The translations under genes and the position numbers were made by a program. The notes below the pieces were generated by a model. That model saw nothing but the letters and a program-made list of their open reading frames with translations, was not told where the DNA came from and did no database searches. DNA of 64,000 nucleotides from Candidatus Latescibacterota bacterium (lineage in GTDB: Bacteria; Latescibacterota; UBA2968; UBA8231), in NCBI GenBank assembly GCA_965208105.1, contig OZ242318.1, positions 2,176,001 to 2,240,000 on the forward strand. Reading direction: 5' to 3'. Of this stretch, positions 30,256-38,645 are shown one piece after another. Each line of letters starts with the position of its first letter. The first letter of the stretch is position 1.

Positions 30256-30483
30256 TTACCGAATATGAGAGAGCTTTGAACAAATATCTTTGTAAGCCAC
30301 TTCGCGAATTTTTTCTAAGACTTCGGCAAGCCCTAAAAGATTGTCAGGAAGAACAGAGATGTTTACCAATACATCGAATCTTTTGTCACCTTGGCCACAA
30401 GAGGCAGTAACTTTTAATTTTCTCTTTTGCATATCAATTTCTACTCTATCTATGGTTATATCTTCCAATCGTTTTGCATTCAT
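30256..30483 (-). CDS. Hypothetical protein (75 aa)
   Basis: ATGA-coupled to the FGE gene; paralogous fragment at 28004-28083. Confidence 0.7.
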   Translation of the reverse strand: MNAKRLEDITIDRVEIDMQKRKLKVTASCGQGDKRFDVLVNISVLPDNLLGLAEVLEKIREVAYKDICSKLSHIR

Positions 30484-31349
30484 TTTGTTTTCTCCTTGAT
30501 TTTCCCCCAGCTTGTTTTCTCGATGGCGGTGGGGTTATCGCCTTCAAGTAGTATCCTGAATCCGTACCATGGCAAGGTGGTTTTTGTAGGTGTGCTATAC
30601 CGAAACGCATGGCGGGTGTACCAGGGATGGGTAGGCCATTCAGCGACGTTTTGAGCGGTACCATCGTCTCCGCCGCGTAGCACAACATAGCTTCCTGGCT
30701 TGGGACTATAGGGGATGGTTGGATCTATTTCAGGCTGATCTTTATAAACTCGATAGCCACGATTGCCATCCCTATAGCCATCACTGGTGAATTCAAATAC
30801 ACCTCCATGCATATCATATAACCCCCACGGGTTGGGGATGAACTGCCAATTTCTTTCGCTCCATTCATCCCCAAACCACCATAAAGTAGTAGTCCCGGCC
30901 CGCGCGGCATATTCCCATTCGGCTTCTGTAGGCAAGCGGAAAGTTAGATCGGTTTGGTCGTGCAAGCGGTCTAAATATTCCTCAATATCAAAAATTTTGA
31001 TATCAGTTATAGATAGATCGGGTTTTTCTACTTCTTGGTCTGGGTCCATAATAGCAAACCATTGGCCTCTATTCACTTCTCTTGTGCCCATATAAAAGCC
31101 CTTGGTTATAGTTACCTGATGCTGCGGGAATTCTGAAGTATAAGGAATGCGGCCGAAGCTGGTGCGAGATTTATAGGAATTATATTCGTCCCATTTCTCT
31201 TTCCATTCTATGGGCGTTCCCATGAGAAATGTACCGGGTTCGATCCATACAAATTCCATAGACTCGCCCCCCGGTAGAGAGACAGTAATTTCCTCGGCAT
31301 AGGTCCAGGCAGACCATACCAGAAAAAGGACTACTATTGATTTTGTCAT
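30480..31349 (-). CDS. Secreted FGE/C-type-lectin-fold protein with SWGKIK tail
   Basis: Paralog of 28192-29040; [16 protein letters not shown]. Confidence 0.9.
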   Translation of the reverse strand: MTKSIVVLFLVWSAWTYAEEITVSLPGGESMEFVWIEPGTFLMGTPIEWKEKWDEYNSYKSRTSFGRIPYTSEFPQHQVTITKGFYMGTREVNRGQWFAIMDPDQEVEKPDLSITDIKIFDIEEYLDRLHDQTDLTFRLPTEAEWEYAARAGTTTLWWFGDEWSERNWQFIPNPWGLYDMHGGVFEFTSDGYRDGNRGYRVYKDQPEIDPTIPYSPKPGSYVVLRGGDDGTAQNVAEWPTHPWYTRHAFRYSTPTKTTLPWYGFRILLEGDNPTAIEKTSWGKIKEKTK

Positions 31350-31645
31350 TTTGTTTTCTCCTTCTCTATCTTTTTTACCCTTCTGAGTATTTCGTCTAAT
31401 CTTGCTACCATATCGCCATATCTCTTTATCCTCCACACTCCCCGGATTCCAGTAGTCTCGATTAGTCCCTTTCCCCGTAGGCGAGAAAGTGCGGTAGTGA
31501 TGGAGCTATTAGGCCAATTTCCATTTATCCCGGCTTTTCTCCCGGTGGCCCGCTTGTTCTTCAATAGGGCTTGCTTGCGGAAATAGCCCTGTCCATTGGC
31601 TATTTTCTCGATATAGTCCATCACTGCTTTTTCTAAGGAAGCCAC
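31346..31645 (-). CDS. Small basic winged-helix-like protein (duplicate)
   Basis: Near-identical to 29037-29336. Confidence 0.65.
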   Translation of the reverse strand: MASLEKAVMDYIEKIANGQGYFRKQALLKNKRATGRKAGINGNWPNSSITTALSRLRGKGLIETTGIRGVWRIKRYGDMVARLDEILRRVKKIEKEKTK

Positions 31646-31759
31646 TATACTTTCTCCTATGTATTTCCCTCACTTTCTGGTATCCCGGACCAAAGGGAAG
31701 GGCTATAAATTAAATATCAGAAATTCCCCTGTTCTCCATATTTAAATTTTTCTATATTC

Positions 31760-31896
31760 AAAAGAGCCGGGAACCACGTGATAGCTCAGTGTCTTCGCTC
31801 GGGAGCGGTTGTTGCCTTTCAGCAACGTGCTACGGAAAAGCTCGCTCCTCCGCGGTAGCTACTAACGACAAAGAGCCGTGCGGTTCCCGGCTTTTT
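31760..31896 (-). ncRNA. Candidate 137-nt structured RNA, copy 2
   Basis: Identical to 29451-29587. Confidence 0.55.
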
Positions 31897-31943
31897 CTTC
31901 GGAATAAGAACATACTGAATCAGATTAGAAAATCTAATAAAAA

Positions 31944-31975
31944 AAGGCGCTACTTCTTTTATGAAGTAGCGCCTT
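31944..31975 (-). terminator. Rho-independent terminator of the 32000-33088 gene
   Basis: 13-bp stem followed by a U-tract on the minus strand, just after the stop codon. Confidence 0.8.
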
Positions 31976-31999
31976 GTCTTTCTTGGGGTTCAGGCCCGG

Positions 32000-33088
32000 T
32001 TAGGTTAGTTCGTTCCTAACCCTGTTCATATAGGCCCTTTGCTCGGCAAGGGTGATCTCGGGATCTCCCCTTTTGTCGTCTTCGTCTCTCCAGCGATTCC
32101 AGAATGCAAAGCTGTCGTCCCAGGGGTCTTCTGCCCCGGTCGGGTCCAGGCACTTGGAAATAGTCTGCTGTACGCGATTGGTCCGCGCAGTGATGTGATC
32201 CTCGTCGGCGACGTCTTCCTCATTATCTCGGGCTTGCTGTAGCGCGAAGAAATACGGCCGGCTGCCTTGCTGTTTTGCCCATTCGTTACGATCTGCGATT
32301 TTGTGATTATATGTATCCCAGGTGCCAATCTCGCCAATGACGTTTCTATGGGTAACTTTGGAAAAATCCACGGCGTACTCGCTTACAGCATGCACCAGAT
32401 TTGGCCCATCCTGTACGGGATAGAAAATCACCTTGCGGTTGCCAGCCAATTTTCCGGCAAGTATGTCCATCATACGTGCTTGCGCCTTACACTGAAAATC
32501 GACAAAATGCTTATAGAGGCGCTTGACCTCTGTATAGCGTGACGTGTTGTAAGGGGCTTTCTGTGCTTCGCCGATGTTCTTGTAGGCGTCACGGGAATGC
32601 TTCCCGGCGAGGTCGGTCAAGTACTTTGTCCACTCTGTCTGCCGACTATCCCGCACTTTCCTATAATCGGAACTTGCGTTATCTTCGGCATATTCCCGCC
32701 ATTTGGAACCTTCCCGAAACTCTCTGGGGCGATGTTCGTGATTCCAGCGAATACCCTTGAACCGGTCGCCATACTCAGAGGTCACGGAATCGAAGATATC
32801 CTCCATGTCTTCGTAGAAAGTCGAGTTTGCATTGTCATACCACGAATCCCGGTTGATCCATCCTACTCCTGAACCGCCGTCCATCCTGGGATCTCCATCA
32901 GGCGTAAAGGAAAGGACAAAATCCAGATTGGGGTCAAAATGGTTGTCCATATTTGTTACTTCGCTACGCACTTTGCTTACTGGTGTTCCGCTGTGCAAGT
33001 TCTTCAACTGCGCTGTATCAAAGCCGTAGTCTCCCGCGTCCGTAATATTCAGATCGACGAAGATTCCACGACCATAAATGAGTTTCAT
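32000..33088 (-). CDS. Uncharacterised island protein, paralog 2 (putative GH-like TIM barrel)
   Basis: MKLIYGRG...GDYGFDT, FKGIRWNHEH, HFVDFQCKAQ, SFAFWN; AAGGAG RBS. Confidence 0.78.
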   Translation of the reverse strand: MKLIYGRGIFVDLNITDAGDYGFDTAQLKNLHSGTPVSKVRSEVTNMDNHFDPNLDFVLSFTPDGDPRMDGGSGVGWINRDSWYDNANSTFYEDMEDIFDSVTSEYGDRFKGIRWNHEHRPREFREGSKWREYAEDNASSDYRKVRDSRQTEWTKYLTDLAGKHSRDAYKNIGEAQKAPYNTSRYTEVKRLYKHFVDFQCKAQARMMDILAGKLAGNRKVIFYPVQDGPNLVHAVSEYAVDFSKVTHRNVIGEIGTWDTYNHKIADRNEWAKQQGSRPYFFALQQARDNEEDVADEDHITARTNRVQQTISKCLDPTGAEDPWDDSFAFWNRWRDEDDKRGDPEITLAEQRAYMNRVRNELT

Positions 33089-33189
33089 GGCTGCTCCTTG
33101 GATGTTTGATTGTGAGGAAAGAAAATGTGTGCCGACCCAATCAAGGAAAATATTCCCACCTGGGAATTGTTCCGATTCCGCAACCTTCG

Positions 33190-33365
33190 TATATAATCCC
33201 TATCACAAAATGTCCGTGAAGCACTTGCACCGCTACGTCAACGAATTTGCCGGCAGGCACAATGTCCGGGACAAAGACACTGTTGAGCAAATGGCCCTCT
33301 TGACAATCGGCCTTGTGGGTCGCAGGTTGAAGTATCAGACTCTTACACGGCAGGCAGCGGCCTAA
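33190..33365 (+). pseudogene. IS1595-family transposase C-terminal remnant
   Basis: YHKMSVKHLHRYVNEFAGRHN...GRRLKYQTLT. Confidence 0.8.
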
Positions 33366-33712
33366 TGACAGAGCAAGAAAAAAGCCAAGCCATAGGAAAT
33401 TTGGTCAATAGCCTCAAGAAAGCAAAGGCCGAGGCCGACTGCATTCAGTTGAAGGGAGATCAGATTGCCGAGAAGCTGAAAGTTTTGTGTCAAGTACTCG
33501 AATCAAGAGAAGTTCTTTGCAGGGCCGCGGGCGATGGATTCCAGCTTAGAAAATGTCCTGCCACCAATCGCTCCGAGCTTGGATTTACGGTTTTAGGGGA
33601 ACACATTGAACTCCCTGAGACGGCTGAAATCGTTGCGCTAATCCAGAAAAAAAACGACGCGCTTGTAAGGCTTTGGGAATTGCAAGCAAAATGGGACGAA
33701 GTGAAACCATGA
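33365..33712 (+). CDS. Hypothetical protein (possible IS1595 passenger)
   Basis: 115-aa ORF coupled to the transposase remnant by TAATG. Confidence 0.55.
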   Translation: MTEQEKSQAIGNLVNSLKKAKAEADCIQLKGDQIAEKLKVLCQVLESREVLCRAAGDGFQLRKCPATNRSELGFTVLGEHIELPETAEIVALIQKKNDALVRLWELQAKWDEVKP

Positions 33713-33735
33713 AAGGAGAATACCACGAGTAGGCC

Positions 33736-33880
33736 ATGAAAAAAAAAAGCCGGGCGGCCACAAACGCAGCACATGCCGCGTATCGAAGCAACGCCCGAAG
33801 AAGTAGCCCGCGCTCTGTTCGCCGGGGTCAAGCCGCCCGACCCATCGAAGCGAACAAAGAGAAAGCGGACTGCCAAATGA
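33736..33880 (+). pseudogene. Small IS1595-associated ORF with a poly-A frameshift
   Basis: ATG+A10; with A9 it reads MKKKAGRPQTQHMPRIEATPEEVARALF... Confidence 0.45.
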
Positions 33881-33902
33881 TCTTGAAAGAAGCGCCTGGG
33901 GT

Positions 33903-34355
33903 CTAATGCCCTGGGCGCTTCTTTCTATTAAGTTTAACTCCCCCCCAACTCATCTTTTGAACTGCAGTCGGCCCAACGACATTAAAAGACAGCAAAAAAT
34001 CGTAGGCGGGATCAAGAGGAACCTTCCGGGCATACACATCATAAACGCGCATTTTGGCCCGGAACTTGATGGTTTTCCCCGGCGAGATGTCGCGTTGAGG
34101 GTAGTAGACCCCCCGAGTCATGGGGCTTCCGTTCTTCCAATACAGCTGGATCATGATCCGAATGTCCGTCAGAACTAAATCAGAAACATTGGTCACGTCT
34201 GCTCGGCAATCAAAATCTATGGCATAACCGGTTTTGGAGCGCTTGATGCTTACGCTTTCTTCCACGACCTTCAGGGTGTCGCCCACCGGTGGGTCGGCGG
34301 CATCGGCAGTGGCCCACCACAGCAGACAGAATAAAAAGAAGAATTTACAAGTCAT
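33903..34355 (-). CDS. Secreted small beta-rich (Ig-like) protein with SWGGVK tail
   Basis: Signal MTCKFFFLFCLLWWATADA; PTAVQKMSWGGVK. Confidence 0.75.
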   Translation of the reverse strand: MTCKFFFLFCLLWWATADAADPPVGDTLKVVEESVSIKRSKTGYAIDFDCRADVTNVSDLVLTDIRIMIQLYWKNGSPMTRGVYYPQRDISPGKTIKFRAKMRVYDVYARKVPLDPAYDFLLSFNVVGPTAVQKMSWGGVKLNRKKRPGH

Positions 34356-34381
34356 TGTTGACGCCTTCCTGCACGCTTGCT

Positions 34382-35149
34382 TCAAGTAGAGGACGGTGGA
34401 AGTTTGGCAATCGCCCTGTCTAAGGGGGCGATTGCGTTTACATCCCGATCACCAAAATATTTTTGAGCACGCCCATCTCTAAGCCACTGTTCAAGTTGAA
34501 CATTGAATTCTGTGATCAGCGCATTCGGATATAAACGAGCTTGAACCGCAGGTCTGTGATCCAGGAATTCGTGGTCGTAGGTGGGAAACCTATCCGGCTT
34601 GTATCCTGCCTTTCTTGCCCACCCGGAAAACATCCGACCCAAAGAGATATCTGGCATCATATGGTAAGGCAAGATGTATCCTTGCGCTTCCAGCGGGGCC
34701 AAGAGGCGCAGGGTCATTTGATCCAACATGGAAAAGTGAGTATTGGGTATTTTGTGGCGATTCACCAGATAGCGTCGGACATGCTCGGGAAGTCTTCCGA
34801 TCCCTTGACCATTCATCCACTCAAAGACCCACTTGGTTACTTGGACGGAGAACTCAGGCGAGAGCCACTGAGCCAGGTGAATGGCAATTTGAGGATGGAC
34901 CCAGGTGCCCTGAATTTCGGGAATACCTCCTTTAACTTGTTGCAGGAGTTTCGATACGGGAATTCCCGTATCGGTAGAGAGCGCCTTTAAGTACTCCTGC
35001 GTGAAGGCTAACCTGGTATAGTCATTCATCTTCTTCCCGGCGATTTTGCACATCGCCGTGGCATTGATGTAGCCATCCGTGGCCCGCTGATCTATGGGCT
35101 AGTTCTGCACTTCATGTTCAATAAGAGCAAGCTGTTCTTGATATGCCAT
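34382..35149 (-). pseudogene. KilA-N domain protein with an in-frame TAG at codon 17
   Basis: AGGAGG RBS, MAYQEQ...VQN*PIDQRATDGYINATAMCK, QGTWVHPQIAIHLAQWLSPEF. Confidence 0.85.
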
Positions 35150-35255
35150 CAGTGCCTCCTTGACGAAGAGGAGTGTGTTGCACATAAAAAGAGAGAGCCC
35201 AAGTGTAGGGCGCCTCGGGCTCTCTCCATCAATTAAAGAATCTCAGTGGACAGTG

Positions 35256-36425
35256 TCAATCTTCCTCATTGAGGGCCTCAGCGACCTCGTCCATGTAAGC
35301 CTTCTGCTCGGCTTTGGTGATCCGTTCGTTTACGGGGATATCGTAGTCGTCGGAGTCATCATCGTCCGCGGTGACGTTCCTCCACTTGTTCCAAAAGGCG
35401 AAGCTACTGCCCCAGGGATCTTCGCCCTCGCCGGGATCGAGGCAATTTTCAATCGCCGCCTGGATTCTGTCTTTGCGTGCGCCGATGCGCTCTCGACGTA
35501 TTTTCTTCAGCTCCTCCTCGCTCTCGCCGCCCTTGGGCTCGAGGTCGCGTCGACCCTGCTGGATGACGAAGAAGTACTTTCGCGAGCCCTGGTCATTTGC
35601 CAAGTCGTCGCGCACCGAGTTGTTGTATGAATACAGATCCCATGTCGCAATCTCCCGCACCGCGTTGCTTGCGGTCACCAAGTTGGTGTTGAGAGTGTAT
35701 TCAGCTACGGTGTGGACGTGACCGGTGCGTTGAGCAGGATAGATGATGAATGTATGGCTGGTTCCCAACTCCTGGCAGAGGATGTCGACCATGCGGGCCT
35801 GGGCTTTGACCTGGAAATCCACAAAGTGGGGATAAACCGCCCGCACCTTCAAATACTTGGCCGTGGTGTAGGGCGCCTCAGCTGCTTTGCCTTCGTTCAG
35901 ATAGGCGTCCCTGGAATGGTCCATGGCGACGTTGGCGAGAAAGTATTCCCATTCCGTCCGGGCATTGGCCTGCACGTAGTCGTAGTCGCTCCGGCAGTGA
36001 ACCCGGGCATAGGCGGCCCACTTACTGCCCTCCTTGAAATGGGCTGGCTTGTACTCGTGGTTCCAGCGCACACCCTTGAAGCGGTCGCCGTAGGCTATGT
36101 CGACCAACTCGAACAAGGCGCCCCAGTCGTGGTAGAAAGCATTGCTAGTACTGTCATACCACGAATCGCGCTCAATGCAGCCCACCTCCCTGCTGTCGCT
36201 GTTCTCTCCACACCTGGAATCTCCGAAAAGGTCGATTGAAAGAACGAAATCGGGGTCAGGATTGAAGAAATCGTCCGGCGTTTCCAGAGCCTTGGTAACT
36301 GCGGCGAGGCCGTCGGTCGAGTGCATGTTTTCCAACTGTATCGTATCGAATCCGTAGTCGCCGATATCCTTGATCTTCAGGTCCACCAACAACTGACGGC
36401 CGTAAATGAGCTTCATAAATTCCAT
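35256..36425 (-). CDS. Uncharacterised island protein, paralog 3 (putative GH-like TIM barrel; start may be 36416)
   Basis: MKLIYGRQ...GDYGFDT, FKGVRWNHEY, HFVDFQVKAQ, SFAFWN. Confidence 0.78.
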   Translation of the reverse strand: MEFMKLIYGRQLLVDLKIKDIGDYGFDTIQLENMHSTDGLAAVTKALETPDDFFNPDPDFVLSIDLFGDSRCGENSDSREVGCIERDSWYDSTSNAFYHDWGALFELVDIAYGDRFKGVRWNHEYKPAHFKEGSKWAAYARVHCRSDYDYVQANARTEWEYFLANVAMDHSRDAYLNEGKAAEAPYTTAKYLKVRAVYPHFVDFQVKAQARMVDILCQELGTSHTFIIYPAQRTGHVHTVAEYTLNTNLVTASNAVREIATWDLYSYNNSVRDDLANDQGSRKYFFVIQQGRRDLEPKGGESEEELKKIRRERIGARKDRIQAAIENCLDPGEGEDPWGSSFAFWNKWRNVTADDDDSDDYDIPVNERITKAEQKAYMDEVAEALNEED

Positions 36426-36471
36426 CCTTCCTTTTGGTTATGTTCTCTTTACAGAATTGGGCAACTTTAGT

Positions 36472-37086
36472 TTATAATTCCCAAAAAATTTCTCCCGCCT
36501 CCGGAGGGTTATCCTCATAGTAGTCCTCCCTCTGCCATGCCTGCATGACGTGCCAGAAGCTGCTCGGCTTGGCGTTCTTGAGCTTGGCCAGGGCGCTCAT
36601 GTTTTCGATCCCCGTCCAGGGGTCGGTGTCGTCTAGCAGCACATAGTCGGGCGCCGCCAGGACGTCGCACTTGCTCCCCCAGGTGTTGTACACCGCCTGG
36701 TTGGAACGCATCTTCAGGTTGATCACGAGGTCCTTGGACAGACTGAGGTTAAGATCCTGGACGTGATGCGGGCTGTAGCCGAACTCGTCCGGCTCCTCCA
36801 GGTAGAAGCCCTCTACCTTGGAGTGATTGCCGTAGGCATTGTTGATACTGGTCGCGAATGCCCCGTTGCCGAGCGCCGCCGCTGGAATCTCGAGCAGCAC
36901 TTTGACCCCCGTGTCGCCGACCTTGTTCAGGAATTTATCGGCCTCCTTTTTGTAGGCGGCAAATGAGGCGGCGCTTCTGAGCTTGAACGGCATGTAGCAG
37001 GTCATGGCCGTGTTGGCAATCTTTTCGCTTATATCGCTGCTGGATGGAACTTCTCGGTTGCCAAATCATCCGTACTTCATGGACAT
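36472..37086 (-). pseudogene. GH-like TIM-barrel protein with an in-frame TGA at codon 7
   Basis: AAGGAGG RBS then MSMKYG*FGNREV..., in frame with ORF 36472-37005; GFYLEEPD and DVLAAPDY resemble GH-A barrel strands. Confidence 0.6.
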
Positions 37087-37572
37087 GATACTACCTCCTT
37101 GAGATTGTGGTTGTGGACTTGGGCAGGTCGATCCCGGCTTCGATGGCCGAGACCGTTCCGCCCCCGGGTCCATTCCTTCTTGCTGATGCTCCGGCGGCCG
37201 CCGTTTCGACAATGGGGACGAACCTCATCCGCGGGGCCGGGCTTTCCACGCTCCCGTCCCCTTCATCCATTACATACCGGAGAATGCCCGAAAACGTCGG
37301 CACTCTCACTCCAGGCACTTCTTCAGTCCCGCCTCTTCGCAGGTCCCCGCAGCCTCTTGATGGACTCGCGGGAGGCATGGAAGGCCCGGGTCGGAGAAAG
37401 CAGGCAGTTGTTCCGTTTACCTGGGGAAGGGATATTTCTATTTGGGGTGTCCCCGGCGAATACTCGCCGGGTAGGATGGGGGGAATGGGCCCGGGACGAG
37501 GGAGCCGGCGCTGGTGCGCAACCGGCGCCTTGTCACATGGACCTGTGACGTATAGGTTGGAAAGGAAGGGCA

Positions 37573-38583
37573 ATGATGAAATTCTTGATTCTCGTACTCG
37601 CGGCCGCTCTTGCGGGCCCGCTCGAAGCCCAGGAAGAGTTCATGCTGGCCTACACCTCGACGATAGAGCGAGGCGCGTTTGCGCTCCACCTGATGCGGGG
37701 GGACGGCTCGCGCAAGACCCGCCTGACCTTCAACGAGGGGCCTGAGAGAGATCCGGCGTGGTCGCCGGACGGACGCCACATCTACTACTGGTTCAATCAT
37801 CGCTATCCATCGAACGACCTGTCGGGCAAGATATTTCGCCTGACCCTTCCAGACCGCTCCATCGAACGGATAACCTTGGCGGAGGGCGACTGGGACCACC
37901 CCAGCGTCTCACCCGCCGGAGACAGGCTGGCCGTGACCTTCCATCCCTACGACTCTTTACCGCCGTACCTGCTTCTCTTCCTCGATATCGCCAGCGGACT
38001 CGCCTCGACCGTGTTCGATATCGGTCTCACCCCCGACGACAATGATTTCTACTTCTACACGCCCGAGTGGTCCGATACACATCCCGCCTGGTCCCCCGAC
38101 GGCGAGCGATTGGCTTTCTCCTCCAATCGGGACGGAGACTATGAAATATATGTCCTGCACCTGGAGACCGGAGACCTGCGGCAGATCACCGACGACGATG
38201 GGAGTGACTCACATCCCGCCTGGTCCCCCGACGGCCGGCGAATCGCCTTCAGCTCCAACCGAGCGGGTCAAAGTGACATTTTTCTCATTGACACGGACGG
38301 CGGTGCGCCGGTCCAATTGACCAACTCTCCGTTCGGAGCATATGACCCCAACTGGTCTCCCGACGGCCGCCGAATTGCCTATGTCGCGGCTTCCGAAGCC
38401 GCTCCCTATGGCAACTTGGACATCTACGTGATAAACGCGGACGGCACTGACATCAGGCGTCTGACCACCAACCCACTTGGCGACGTTGACCCTGCCTGGT
38501 CCCCCGTTCCCCTGCCCGGGTCGTTCCTGCCCTCGGCGGTGGAGGTCCAATCCTGGGGCGCGATCAAGAAAGCCCGGCGCTGA
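37573..38583 (+). CDS. Secreted TolB/PD40 beta-propeller protein with SWGAIK tail
   Basis: Paralog of 24790-25812. Confidence 0.88.
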   Translation: MMKFLILVLAAALAGPLEAQEEFMLAYTSTIERGAFALHLMRGDGSRKTRLTFNEGPERDPAWSPDGRHIYYWFNHRYPSNDLSGKIFRLTLPDRSIERITLAEGDWDHPSVSPAGDRLAVTFHPYDSLPPYLLLFLDIASGLASTVFDIGLTPDDNDFYFYTPEWSDTHPAWSPDGERLAFSSNRDGDYEIYVLHLETGDLRQITDDDGSDSHPAWSPDGRRIAFSSNRAGQSDIFLIDTDGGAPVQLTNSPFGAYDPNWSPDGRRIAYVAASEAAPYGNLDIYVINADGTDIRRLTTNPLGDVDPAWSPVPLPGSFLPSAVEVQSWGAIKKARR

Positions 38584-38645
38584 GGCCGGGGAATTTCACC
38601 GGCAAGAGTAATGCGGGCCGCCAAGGTCTTGGGAAGGTTGTAAAA

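Larger units (their letters stand above)
28004..32078 (-). repeat. Tandem duplication with a 2309-bp offset; junction at 29769/29770
   Basis: 29337-29769 is essentially identical to 31646-32078; the wHTH genes are near-identical and the FGE genes diverged. Confidence 0.92.

Noticed and set aside
22122-31349. Complete diversity-generating retroelement
   Set aside because: No reverse transcriptase, Avd-like gene or adenine-rich template repeat in the window; only a remote-target hypothesis is kept.
37066-37068. Selenocysteine or genetic-code reassignment at the in-frame TGA
   Set aside because: TGA and TAG terminate ordinary genes in this window, and no SECIS-like hairpin or redox motif is evident.
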